A stretch of 64,000 nucleotides of DNA, from the NCBI GenBank assembly GCA_054600435.1, contig BAAIJX010000060.1, positions 1-64,000 of the forward strand. Reading direction: 5' to 3'. A program made the position numbers and the translations under genes. Below, in pieces: positions 12,915-24,750 of the stretch; positions within the stretch are counted from its first letter, which is position 1, and each line of letters begins with the position of its first letter. Below the pieces are notes generated by a model, which was not told the origin of the DNA, ran no database searches, and saw only the letters and a list, made by a program, of their open reading frames with translations. The stretch is from Neophaeotheca triangularis (lineage: Eukaryota).

Positions 12915-13154
12915 TGTTTGTGGGTCGATCGGGTTCTACAATAATCTACTCAATACCTCTCTTGAGCCTTGACCGGGCAATTTCTGCGAGCGAGGATGCG
13001 TCGGACGCTTGCCCAATCAGATCCTTTCCGGATCGCCTGATTCAGCGAGCATCACGTGGCGTCTTGAGTTTGACCAGCTTCTCTATTCAGGGCCAGTCTC
13101 CACCGTCTCCACCTCCACTCTCGGCCTCGGATATCTGCCGACAACGTCCCACTT

Positions 13155-13191
13155 CCCCCCTCCCCCTCCCCCTGCCCCTCCCCCTCCCCCT
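13155..13191. promoter_or_regulatory. Tandem CCCCT hexamer repeat (STRE-like; G-quadruplex-capable on the minus strand)
   Basis: cccccct ccccct ccccct gcccct ccccct ccccct lies in the divergent fRMsr / F-box intergenic region. Function is inferred only. Confidence 0.45.
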
Positions 13192-13618
13192 CACCATCGT
13201 GTCTGGGCATCCTACACGGATACATCTCCTTTGTACCCCCCGCACCCCACGCATGGATGTATTGCGGTTCTCGTTTACCATCCAAGTACGGCGAGTTTCA
13301 TAAAAAGCCATAAACGAAACAAACTGATCCCCAGGAGACTTGCTGCCCGCTATCAAGACGATGATCCAAAGCTTGGACCATTGCTTCAATCATTACACTG
13401 CAAACACTGAATCGCTATCTCTGCGCATGCAGGTGTTGCGATAAGGCACAGACGACTTGTCAATCTACCCAAGCCTCCAAGGGTATCTCTGGGCCACTTG
13501 TACTTTGTCGATTCTTGGATACTGAAACTTTCAGACGCCTCAAGACTGAAGATTTTGACGAAACCACGACCTTTTAGATCCGCTAGACTAGACACCTACG
13601 CTACTCTTGCCCGCAATC

Positions 13619-15211
13619 ATGGAACTTCAGAATGGGACAGACCTGCAATGGGCTACAAAAGATCAAGTCAATGACAAACCCTGCCTCGCTACGCTGCCGG
13701 AGGAGCTGCAGTTGCAGATCCTGGAGAACGTCGGAACAAAGACCGCCCCGTCAGAGAGGAAAGCACGGCACGAGCCTACCTTCGAGCTCACCATTTCTGA
13801 AACGCGGGATCTAAAGACCATGTCGTGCGTTTCAAAGCATTGGCGACGGCTCACTCTTCCGTTGCTCTTCAGATTCATTCGACTGAGACTCGCCGGCGCG
13901 GAAGGCGTCGATCCCTGGCCATCATGCTCGGTATGCAGCAACGACGCTTTATCCGAGGAGTCGGAGCGGGTGCGAACCGGCAACGCAGAAGAGTACCACG
14001 ACATGCAAAATTCAAACGACCGGAGACACCGCGGCGTGATCGAATTCATGACCACTTACCTACCCAAAGCGTTGGAAGTTGGGCCAGGTTTCGTGCTTCA
14101 ACCTTACAAGGATTTCTTGCAGTCGTTCCGCTGTCTGAGGGATCTTTATCATAGTACTGACGATTTGATCGATTTTCTCGTCTGGAACACGCTCGAGGGG
14201 TCTGTGGAGAGCGTGACAGTTTATGGCGAAGGTTTCAAAGACCTCATTATGAGCAGCGATGCTCCGCAGGCTTTTCGTTACGCGATTGACGATATGTGGT
14301 CAAGACTGCTGGCGACGGTTGATCCGAGACGTGTCGTTGTGTTAGCGCCACCTCGAGAGCTTGCTATCTTGGTTGGCTGCAGAATTGACGGGGTGGAACA
14401 CGAATGGGTATGTTGAGGAAGGGAAAGTACTTATTCCGTGCAGTTTGCTGACCTTGCTAAGGCCTTTGGCGATATGGACTACCATCTACTAGAACTGTCG
14501 AGCCGAAGTATAGAAGACACGTCCTCGTTAGCTGGCAAAGACCTCGAGGGCGGCCTCGACGACGGCGTTCTCGAAGGCACCGAGTACGTGGCAAGCACAA
14601 GCATCCTCTGGAAACGCTCCTGGACCCGCATTCACCTCAACGAAGGCTCCTTCCTCAAAGCGTACGGAACGTACGAATACTTCGAAAGAGGCCCTCCATC
14701 GATCATAGTATCGATCCGGGAGTTCCTCGTCATACTCCTAAGCCCGGTGCTAAGCCACATCAACGACGCACACCTGGGCCGCGAGCTCAGTCGCGCCTTC
14801 TCCACGGTCAAAACCTTCGCCTACACCGCCATCTTTCCCTTCAACGCCGACAATTTCGCTTTCCTTGTCGGCGCCGTTGAGGTTATGGATCTCCAACTCT
14901 CGCCAGATCCTCAATCGGGAATTCTAGATGACAAAACGAGGGTCGGGAAAGCGGACTTGACGGATTGCTGGTCGGAGTTGTCAAGAATCTACAAGACTTG
15001 TCAGACCATGCTTTGCCGGGAGCGGATACAGGACCGGCCGATTAGGAGGTTTATTGCGAGTGATTATCGCTATCCCGCTTGTGTTGAGGAACTGAAGGAT
15101 GTCCTGGACCGGATGGGAGAGGATCCAAAATGGACGCATAGTGGAGATGGGGTTTTCAGGAGGAATGATGTGGAGGAGGATAGAGAAGTGCCAGTCGCAG
15201 CAGACGAGTAG
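13619..15211 (+). CDS. F-box-like domain protein, 1 intron
   Basis: LATLPEELQLQILE...LKTMSCVSKHWRRLTLPLLF is an interrupted F-box pattern. An intron at about 14408-14461 (gtatgt...ctgac...taag) joins HEW/AFGDMDYHLLEL and HLNEGSFLKAYGTYEYFE. Confidence 0.75.
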
Positions 15212-15949
15212 CGCTGTGCGTTTGGGACTTGTCGTACTTGCCTCCGGAACGCCCTCACTGGCCTCTCATGGGAAGACTCTGCCGGCGACGTTTCAACAAC
15301 GATATCGCGCAGAAGACGGCGATTGAGGTGGCAGATTTCCCTACCTTGCCCTGGCCATCTACAGCTAGCGAAGGAAGAGCCGCATCGCCTCCGCCCAAAG
15401 GAAGCACTGAGCCATCCCCGCGCGAGCTTTCCTCAAAGCCCCCGGTCTCTGCTACAACAATTAGCGAATGAAGCGAGCGCGATTGCATTGCATTAGGTTG
15501 TTTCATGAGAAAAAGCGCTTCATTGCTGTCGCTCAAAACTTTTCATAAAACTTGCATAACAAGCATTGGCCATTTGGCAACGGGAAGAGCAGGCGGGGTT
15601 TCAGCTGGACAACTCGAGCTCCCCGCTAACAAAAGGTTCAAGGCAAGCGAACCTCGGGTCTTCCACTCTACTACTACTGCTGTAGATTGCTCACCTCAAT
15701 CTCATCCTTCATATAACCTGGAGTCTTCAGCTCCGTCTCATGTCAGGTCAGAGACTCCCTGGACTTAAGTATACATACCCGCTCTTCCAATCCTGGGACC
15801 TCGTCCTCGTTTTTCTTACTACCGTCACCGAAAGCTCTCGCTCTTCTTAACTGCTTTGTTCTGCTCGTTTCCTCTACCCTAGAAACAGTACCATACAAGG
15901 TTCCCTGAATACACCGGACATATCAAAAGACTAGAAAGCAACCGTGATC

Positions 15950-17035
15950 ATGGTAGCGCCACAGATCACATTGTGGGACAAACTCACCATCCCCACCAAC
16001 ATCCTCCGCGCTATGGTGGCTGCCGCTCTGCGCCTAGTCTTCCGCCCCATCACCGGCGGCAACAAGCCCCGCGACCTCTTCAAAGACGTCATCTTCGCCT
16101 TGACCCGTTCTCAACTCGGCCACGCGAATCTCGCGCAAGAACGCTACATGGACTCAACAACCGAAGCCAACTACCTCGCGCTCGCCAAAAAGAAGAACTT
16201 CCAACCCGAAATGGAAGTCCTGGGCTCCACAGGCGCGAAGGCGCTATGGATGGGCAACAAGAGCGCAGAGAAAGTAATCTTGTTCTTCCACGGCGGCGGG
16301 TACGTGTTGGCGGCGTCGTCAGGGCATGTGGAGTGGTGTTTTGAGCTGCAAGAGGCGCTCAGCAGGGACAGCGGGAAGAAGGTCGCCGTCTGTATGCTCG
16401 CGTACAGCCTAGCGCCGGAAGAACACTACCCTACGCAGCTCAAGCAAGCGGCCGCGAGCTTAGAGTACTTGATTGAGAAAGAGGGGAGGAAGCCCGCGGA
16501 CATCATTATTGGAGGTGACTCGGCCGGCGGCAATCTCACCATGGCGCTGATGTCACACCTACTGCACCCGCACCCGGAGCTCAATACTCCCGTTTTGGCG
16601 AAGATGCAGCAGCCGCTTTCAGGCTCACTGCTTATCTCGCCCTGGGGCCAATTCGACACTACAGACGACTCCCTCCGACGCAACGCAAACAGCGATATGA
16701 TCCCCGAGCAAGTGGCTGTCAGATGGGGCGGCGCGTTCCTCGGGCCCGCCAAGCGTGACAAGTACAACATGCCGCTACTAGCGGACAAAGAGTGGTTCCA
16801 TGGTCTGGAGGGTAAGGTCAGGGAGGTCTTGGTCTGGGGCGGTGGAGGCGAGGTTCTCATCGACAGTATCGACAAGATGGCGCAAACGTTGAAGCAGGCC
16901 CACCCGCGTACTGAGTATGTGGTTGAGCAGGGCGCGTGTCATGAGGAATTCATTGTCGAGAAGCTGATTGGGTACAAGGAGAAAGGGGAGGGAACGAAGT
17001 TGATTGAGAACTGGGTGCAGAAGGTTTGGGCTTGA
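15950..17035 (+). CDS. Alpha/beta hydrolase, hormone-sensitive-lipase type (Say1/steryl acetyl hydrolase-like)
   Basis: HGGGY oxyanion motif, GDSAGG nucleophile elbow, LLISPW, and a C-terminal His in GACHEE. Confidence 0.9.
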   Translation: MVAPQITLWDKLTIPTNILRAMVAAALRLVFRPITGGNKPRDLFKDVIFALTRSQLGHANLAQERYMDSTTEANYLALAKKKNFQPEMEVLGSTGAKALWMGNKSAEKVILFFHGGGYVLAASSGHVEWCFELQEALSRDSGKKVAVCMLAYSLAPEEHYPTQLKQAAASLEYLIEKEGRKPADIIIGGDSAGGNLTMALMSHLLHPHPELNTPVLAKMQQPLSGSLLISPWGQFDTTDDSLRRNANSDMIPEQVAVRWGGAFLGPAKRDKYNMPLLADKEWFHGLEGKVREVLVWGGGGEVLIDSIDKMAQTLKQAHPRTEYVVEQGACHEEFIVEKLIGYKEKGEGTKLIENWVQKVWA

Positions 17036-17691
17036 TAATGGCAGAGCTGAACATGCGCTGGTCTTGATGGGACTTACAGAGGGTTTAATAGTGCAGAACA
17101 TGTCAATTGGCTAGAGGCGATTCTTGGAGTATCTGTTGCTAATTGGCTGGACATTATGGACATGGATTCTTGGGGGCAACGCTGACTGTAGCCTGTAGAT
17201 CATGCTGGTATACCAACTCCTTGACGTATTGCACGAGCATGTACTTACTACTTAGGTATACAGACAATGCCTTTGTCTACCGGCTCTCTAACCAATGTTT
17301 CGGTCGCTTCGGAGCCCGAGATGTCGGCAATCAAAGATCCCGGTGAAGAAGGTTCCAAGCCGACCACGGATTCGGCTAATGGCGTCGATTCGACTGTTCG
17401 TCATTATTTTTATGATTGACCGCGACGTCCGGACCGCTTCAAGGATTGCTCGTTTGTGCCAGTAGTAGATCACAAACAGTCGTCGCACACCTCCCCGTCA
17501 ACATTCTAGGTCAATGTACAGCAAACCCACTCACAAACTAGTGACAAAGCTCACGTAATTGCCCGGCCCATCTTTGTCCGGTAAATCCGTTGACAGCTCG
17601 AGTACCGCCGAAATATACTCACCCCGATCGCACGGGAACGAAACCAAACACATCTTCAACCCCCTCTTTTCTACTGCCACACATACCTACC

Positions 17692-19470
17692 ATGGAAGAC
17701 CGGCAGCCCGCCCACCCCGTCGCAAGGGACACCGACCGCCCCCCACGCGCCGCCATGAACGAGACCCTATCCCGCACCCCGCAACGGCGCGACTCCTACG
17801 ACCGCATCGAAGCCTACCAACGCCTCGACGCGACACCCCGGCGCTTCAGCACTGGCGCCGCTCCCATCCCCATGCCCCTAGGCGGGCAAGTGCTCGCCGC
17901 TTCTTGCGCCCCGGACGACAGCGAGATGTCCGAATCTCTGCGCACACGCACGCCCAAGGACGCCCAAGACTTCAGCAGCCACCGCGCGCGTTTCGACATG
18001 TCCAGTACGCCCAGTATCGCGCGCTTGGCGGCGCTGACGAGTCCTTGTTACTTCCACAAACGGTTTGGCGATGCTGTGGATATTGGGAAAGTGCTTGAGG
18101 AGATCCAGGGGGATGATCAATTGAGCCATAGCCGGTTGATGCAGACGGCGGCGGGGGTGCGGGAGGTCTCGAGGCAGTTGCAGCGGAGACCGCTTAAGAG
18201 GGCTGTGAGGAATGTTTTGGTCATTACCAAGGCGAGGGATAATACGCTGGTTTCGTTGACGAGGGAGTTGGCCTTGTGGTTGCTGGGGACGCCGAGGTAT
18301 GGCAGGGATGTTGGCGTGAATGTGTATGTGGATTCGAAGTTGAGGAAGTCGAAGCGGTTTGGGTATGACGAGGTTTTGGAGAGGGATGCGCGGTATAAGG
18401 AGATGTTGCAGTTTTGGACGCCGGCGCTGTGTTTGGAGCGGCCGGAGCTGTTTGATTTGGTCATTACGCTGGGCGGTGATGGGACGGTTTTGTTCACGTC
18501 GTGGCTTTTCCAGCGGATTGTGCCACCGGTACTGTCGTTCTCGTTGGGTTCGCTGGGTTTCCTCACCAACTTTGAGTTTTCAGAGTACAAGACGCAGCTA
18601 AATCATATCATGGGGGACAAGGGCATGAGAGTGAACCTCCGAATGCGGTTCACAGCCACCATCTACCGAGCGGCAGCCACCCCGTCGACGGACTCCGCCG
18701 ATTCAAGCGCTTCGATCTCTACAACTACCAGCAACAGTGGCGCGGCACCACTCCCCACCGAGCCAACCACGCACAATAAGCTCGAGGGTGAAACCCACGA
18801 AGTCCTCAACGAACTAGTCATCGACCGCGGCCCCAGCTCCTACATCAGCAGCCTAGACCTCTACGCCAACGACTCCCTCCTAACCCGCATCTCGGCCGAT
18901 GGCATCATCCTCTCCACTCCCACCGGTAGCACAGCCTACTCCCTCTCCGCCGGTGGCTCGCTAGTCCATCCGGACATTCCCGCCATTCTGCTAACCCCCA
19001 TTTGCCCGCACACCCTCTCCTTCCGCCCAATGCTCCTAAACGACAGCATGGCGCTCAAAGTCTCCATCCCCTCCACGGGCCGCGGCGGCGCTTTCGTCTC
19101 TTTCGACGGCAAAGGCCGCGTCGAGCTGGGTAGAGGGGATGAGGTTGTCGTTCGAGCTTCTCAGTATCCTTTTCCCACTGTCATGGGCCAGCCGCTCGAA
19201 TGGTTCGATTCTATTAGTCGCACTTTGCGGTGGAATACTCGCGCGGCGGAGCAGAAGGGTTGGCAGGGAGAGGGCGATGGTGAGGGCAAGGGGGAGGTGA
19301 GGAAGGTCGAGCCGGATTTTGACATTGACTTTGATGATGATGAGGGCGAGGGGGAGGCAGGGAAGGGTGGGGATTCTGGGTATGAGGGGACGGGGAGCGA
19401 GGGCGGTGGTAACGGTGGCGGGGTTGGGGGTTTTCATGGGGATCGTAATAGGAGGGATGTTTGGGGTTGA
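17692..19470 (+). CDS. ATP-NAD(H) kinase (Utr1/Yef1-like)
   Basis: TLGGDGTVL, SLGSLGFLT, VLNELVIDRGPS, ADGIILSTPTGSTAYSLSAGG and TPICPHTLSFRP motifs; first ATG at 17692. Confidence 0.95.
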   Translation: MEDRQPAHPVARDTDRPPRAAMNETLSRTPQRRDSYDRIEAYQRLDATPRRFSTGAAPIPMPLGGQVLAASCAPDDSEMSESLRTRTPKDAQDFSSHRARFDMSSTPSIARLAALTSPCYFHKRFGDAVDIGKVLEEIQGDDQLSHSRLMQTAAGVREVSRQLQRRPLKRAVRNVLVITKARDNTLVSLTRELALWLLGTPRYGRDVGVNVYVDSKLRKSKRFGYDEVLERDARYKEMLQFWTPALCLERPELFDLVITLGGDGTVLFTSWLFQRIVPPVLSFSLGSLGFLTNFEFSEYKTQLNHIMGDKGMRVNLRMRFTATIYRAAATPSTDSADSSASISTTTSNSGAAPLPTEPTTHNKLEGETHEVLNELVIDRGPSSYISSLDLYANDSLLTRISADGIILSTPTGSTAYSLSAGGSLVHPDIPAILLTPICPHTLSFRPMLLNDSMALKVSIPSTGRGGAFVSFDGKGRVELGRGDEVVVRASQYPFPTVMGQPLEWFDSISRTLRWNTRAAEQKGWQGEGDGEGKGEVRKVEPDFDIDFDDDEGEGEAGKGGDSGYEGTGSEGGGNGGGVGGFHGDRNRRDVWG

Positions 19471-20027
19471 TCATCAAGGGCGGGAATGGTGACTGGTTTC
19501 TGAGCTTGTGTATATGTGCGTGAGCAATTCCTGCGTTGGCGCTTTGGAGTTGTTATTGCCGCTTTAGGGAGAGTTGGCATTCTTGGATTGGATGGGCCTC
19601 TGGATTGGTAGAGACACGAAATTCACTGGCAGGGGAACTATCACTGTGGTCTCTAACCGTGATGTTCCATGCTTGTCGCCAATTTTTCCTTGAGTACTTG
19701 CCGTCAGTTCTGCCCCGGGGACAGGAAATGCTACGCCGGGTTCGTAAGCGATTGTTAAGGCCCTTGTTTAGATAAGGGAGGGGGTCGGTAGAAAGTTAGA
19801 GAGGTCCAAGCGTCTCGTCCAGCTGCTAGTGCGCCGCGTCGACAGCCAATCGATTTGACGCTGGTTTAGTCAGCATACATGTCGTGGCGGCGGGGGCAAC
19901 CTCCACCTCCTCATGGCGACCTTGATCGCAACGACAACTTTGCGGCGTCCGTCCTGGCGACTACAGACCATTGGGAGACGACTGAGATTCGATCAAGATA
20001 GACCATCTTACAAGAAGACGAACGCCG

Positions 20028-21293
20028 ATGATGCCTTCTGCAACGTCCCCCCCAGCCAACCCCCCCGATCTTTCACAAAAGCTTCCAAAGCTCATACCCC
20101 GTCGACGACCAGCGCAGGAACGCAAGGTCTCCAACCCACCGCCTCCCACCCCTGCTCTCGCACCGCCGCCAGACCTCTCGAGTCACACTTTCAGTATTCC
20201 CTCGCGCTGTATATTGTCAGAACGCGATCATGAGCTATTCACCACCTCATCAACCCACGACCTAGTGGTCAGCTTCGTCTTCCACCTCTCCGACTCAGTA
20301 CGAGACGAAACAATTACAGATATCTCAAATTCCCCCACCGCAAACGACCCTTCAATCAAAGCGCTCCTCGTAATCCTAGACGAAGCGCAAGAGATCCTCT
20401 CCCAACACCCAGCCCTCGACACAGGCTCCCGCTTTGGCAACCCGGCCTTCCGCACCTACCTCTCCGCCATCGATACCAAACTCCCAACCTGGCACTCCAC
20501 CCTTGACATTCACGATCCCACCGCTACAGCCGAAATCTCCACCTACTTCTCCCAATCCTTCGGCAACAGCACCCGCATCGACTATGGCAGCGGCCACGAA
20601 CTGAACTTCCTCCTCTGGCTCCTCTGCCTGCGCCAACTCGGCACCCTCCCCGACTCCACTTTCCCCGCCCTAACCCTCCTAGTTTTCCCCCGCTACCTCC
20701 GCCTCATGCGCTCCATCCAAGCAACCTACTATCTCGAGCCCGCGGGCTCCCATGGCGTCTGGGGCCTCGACGACTATCAATTTCTGCCCTTCCTTTTCGG
20801 CGCCAGCCAGCTCGTCAATCACAAAAACCTTCGGCCCATGAGTATACACAATTCCATGGTTGTGGACGAGTGTAGCAAAGACTATCTGTACCTCGATCAG
20901 ATCCAGTGGGTCAATTCTACCAAAACGGTGCAGGGTTTGCGATGGCATAGCCCGATGCTGGATGATATTTCTTCCGCAAAGAGTTGGGCGAAGGTGGAGG
21001 CCGGTATGCGGAGGATGTTTCTTAAGGAAGTGCTCGGCAAGTTGCCGGTTACGCAGCATTTTCTGTTTGGATCGCTTTTGCCGCCAAGTGAGGGTATGGG
21101 TGCTGGGGAAGCTGAGGTGGAGCGGGAAGTGGATGGGGAAGTGGAGGTAGAGGTTGATGGCATGAAACATGTGCATACTGCTAGTAGTTGGGGCGATTGT
21201 TGCGGGATTAAGGTCCCTTCTGCTGTGGGCGCTAGACAGGAGGCCAGGAAGGCTGGGGCTGAGACTGGATTAAGGAGAATCCCTTTTGATTAG
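20028..21293 (+). CDS. RRD2: Protein phosphatase 2A activator (PTPA), Rrd2-type
   Basis: SRFGNPAFR, FGNSTRIDYGSGHELNF, YYLEPAGSHGVWGLDDY, LRWHSPMLDDIS and EVLGKLPVTQHFLFGSLL. Confidence 0.92.
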   Translation: MMPSATSPPANPPDLSQKLPKLIPRRRPAQERKVSNPPPPTPALAPPPDLSSHTFSIPSRCILSERDHELFTTSSTHDLVVSFVFHLSDSVRDETITDISNSPTANDPSIKALLVILDEAQEILSQHPALDTGSRFGNPAFRTYLSAIDTKLPTWHSTLDIHDPTATAEISTYFSQSFGNSTRIDYGSGHELNFLLWLLCLRQLGTLPDSTFPALTLLVFPRYLRLMRSIQATYYLEPAGSHGVWGLDDYQFLPFLFGASQLVNHKNLRPMSIHNSMVVDECSKDYLYLDQIQWVNSTKTVQGLRWHSPMLDDISSAKSWAKVEAGMRRMFLKEVLGKLPVTQHFLFGSLLPPSEGMGAGEAEVEREVDGEVEVEVDGMKHVHTASSWGDCCGIKVPSAVGARQEARKAGAETGLRRIPFD

Positions 21294-21959
21294 AAATGGC
21301 GAGGATTCAATCACGATCAACGTAGGAGCTTGGTATCGGTGCTTTTTAACAAGACCGACTCTTCTACTTTAGAGGTCCGACCTCTGGAAGCCAATGCGTC
21401 GCGAGCGGTAGGAAATTTCCAAGTCGCAACGTATCAAGTACTTGCGCAGGGAGACACAAAGCCCGGATGTCAGGAACCGGATACCAGAGCACGACAGACG
21501 ACAGTCATGTATCGTCCAAGTAACGACCACCAGACCCACCCTTCCCGAGCTCCGACTTGCCTAAGGCTGGCCAACCTACGTACAGTTCGGATTCAAGGCG
21601 CATTGTGATGTCCTCCTGAACCAAGAAACGCACCTCGTCGTTTTCGAAATCAAGCGAATGCCAAAGACAAGTTCCGGGTTCAAGCAGACTGCTACCGCCG
21701 CATTGCAACCCGAAGATGGAATGTCACTGCACCAGCTTTATTAGAAATGGACTTCTGGTATGCAACGTGCCAGAAGTCGGCGGACTCGTGTTGCGAGGCG
21801 AAGCGCAGTCTGCTATCGAAATCGCAGCCACCTAGTGCAATGCAGCAACGGTTATGACGGCGAATATAACGGTGATCTTACCGAAGCGTGCACCATGTCG
21901 AACCCGCGGAGTAAAGGTAGAGTCGTATGCCAGGTCGTGTACATAATGATGTTAAATCT

Positions 21960-23653
21960 TCAGTCGTTAATCATTACATTTAAAGCATTATCTCGTAAAA
22001 GCCACTCTTTCTCTGCTTCCAAAGCTGCCTCGGTGCGTTTCGAGATCGCCTCTCCGTTCATCAACCCGTGCACGTACGCCTTCCCAAGGAACTGGTAGTT
22101 AGTACCAATTCCCGGAGCCTCGCACTTTGGTAGCTAGCACACACACAAGGGACAGAGCAATCAAAAAGGATGCAGAGGATGTCGCCCTTCCTGAGGCATC
22201 GAGGATAGCACCACCATCCCCAACCGAGGCACGACTGCAATAATTGGGGATAACAGAGGTGCGTGGAAGTCGAGGGTTGTTGGCATTGTATGATGGTCGT
22301 GGCCAGTGAAGACGGCGTGGGTCCTACTATTGGTGAGGGTCTGACGGGGAATGCTGGCCCTCGATACGTGGGCACCATGGCTGAGGGAACCTCAGATGCA
22401 TGATAGTTTCCGAATGCTTTGAGTGAGGGCTGGCACTTGGCTGAGCTGAAGTTGACCTTGGCAAGGCTACTACGTGCCGTCACAGATTGTTACCGGTGCC
22501 GGTTCCTGAACAGCTTGGGGTGGCGGCGGCGGTGGCTGAAGTTGAGCCTGCTTCGGTATACCCCCCGTTATTTTGCCTGGGTCCTTGTTGCGAGACCACC
22601 CTCGCTGATCGAGGAATCGCCAGACTGTAAGGGGCCCACATCGATCAGGAAATTTGTGTGGATTGCCTTGACGAGCTCATCCATGTGCGCTGTCGGCATC
22701 TCTGCCAGATAGGGCATTATCCACAGTATATCGTCAGTAGGAGGTACCTGTACTGGGAAAGGCACGGTTGTGGCGGACTTCCTCTTGCCATGTGGGCAGA
22801 GCTCTTGGCCGACCGGACTTGGCAGTCTTCGGAGGGTAAGACGTGCCGAATAGGTCGTAGGAATTTAGGAAAGCCTTAGCCGCTCTGAGCTCAACCTTAC
22901 GCTTGCAGAGGCGCATTTCTTTGCCAATGGCGGCAGCGTTGAGGTCCCACGTGGCCCGAGTGCTAGAACAGATCCCTGACTTTGTTGGTGACTCCTTCTG
23001 GTTATCTACGAGGCATGGCGATAGTTTGCGACAGGGCTTCCGGTATAATTTGGGGGATGGTGACAAGAGTATTGAGAGAGAGAAGAGAGAGAGAAGCGAT
23101 GCAGTCGGCTTGCTTCACGTGCTCGCTAAGCTTCCCGCGGTGGCCGGAGCCGCCGGGCTGGAAAGTGGAGATCATCCCGCATTCCAGCTTGGCTTCCAAA
23201 CCTTGCTTGGACCGCATCCACCGGGCAACTACGAGTAGGTACAGCGGGGAGTTTAGTGCCAACGTAATGGTTCGTTCACATAGCAGCCAGTCAATCAAGG
23301 CCAGGCATCTAGGCGCTTCGTCGAACAAGTCTGTTGGAACCCTTGACATTGGCTAGCTGCAGTCGTCCAACTTCGACTTTTGAGGTGATTTGTTCGAGCC
23401 AGCGCCAATGTTCGACGATGTTTCCCGTCGACTTTAGTAAGAATACGCTACCTCCTAGCGCCGGGTTGCCATTAGTACCACCTACAGCTCCAACCGATGT
23501 CAAGGTTGGCATCATCGAAGTCTTGCCGTAAGTAGCTAGCCACTCGTTCCTTCGCCAGGATGCCGTTCTTGGTCTGCTTGGAATTGCTTGTGCAACATCA
23601 GACTTCTCACTCCCTGCAGTCTCAGCCCTACTCAGCATTGGCACATCTTCCAC
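21960..23653 (-). pseudogene. Degenerate HET-domain-type (HET-6-like) gene remnant
   Basis: C-terminal signature CLRKGDILCILFDCSVPCV (about 22205-22145) and, in another frame, YQFLGKAYVHGLMNGEA (about 22097-22047). Upstream is fragmented into short ORFs, one containing ALPTW. The 5' limit is uncertain. Confidence 0.55.
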
Positions 23654-24750
23654 AAAAGCGCAGTGGTGACACCATGAGCCTGCTGTAGCGTTGTCAAAGT
23701 CTCCGCAACAGCCCCACAGCTGCCCTAGAGACGTGATGTTGTGAACCTGTGATAGCTTGGCTTAGCCGCAGGAACATACGTTCATTATTGCCAAACCCCT
23801 GGAAGGAACCACCCAACCACCTCATAAAACACGCTCCGGTCTAGTTGAGTAGCCTGTGAAAGCTAGTAGGTAGTGTCGAATCGAGTGTTCGAAAGCCATC
23901 TTGATCCGACCACCACCGATAAGGGCTTTTCCAAAAGTAAGCTATGAAGTGGAGCACCTATCTCTCTAGCCTCTGATCCATCGGCTTCCAATCTCTTGTC
24001 CCCAGATTTGGATCTCTAGCACCCACGATGCACCTCGTCCAGATCCCGCATTCTCGGCAGCGTTCATCGAGCATTGCATTAGTGCCTTCAGTCATGAAAT
24101 CATGAGATGGGCTGTAAGTTACCGACTTCCACAACGTCCAACGAGAGTGTACTGAGCGCTGCAGTTGCTGTGAGTCCTTTATTCGCAAATAATGTGCCTC
24201 ATCACCAGTCAAATGGGATTCAATTTCCCCAAGAAGCTTTCCGATCTTCCAAGGAAACTTTCGGTACGTTCGGTTGCCACGCCAATCTCAAAGCCACTCT
24301 GTGTTTACAGTTTAATGGCAGATGGCTGATGGGATGCGGTTCTACGTCAAGTTGTCGACCCCTCATGCACAGCCTCTCATCCGGGTGCTACACAGCTGCA
24401 AGATGCCGTTCAGAGGAGACTCCTTTCCATGGTTCCCACGGGAAGTATTCCTAGCGTCGCAAGGCTTGAGAGCATCAAGCAGCCTTGATCTTCGAAAAGT
24501 CCGCGAATTACCATACATAGTGGCTAGCTGCGCTTGGGTTGTTTAGGCGCCTTCGGACACTCCTCTCGGATACTTGAGCTTTGTGGCACTAACCATGTTA
24601 GCCTTCCAAGACGGGAAGTATGGGCATGGTGTCGAGAGGGTATAAGTAGGAACCATGTTGACTGAACCTTCCCTTTCTCCCGCATATCATTTCAAGAAAC
24701 CCGACCAAAAGCTCTCATCTCAGAACTTCACTTTTTCCAAACCCGTCAAC

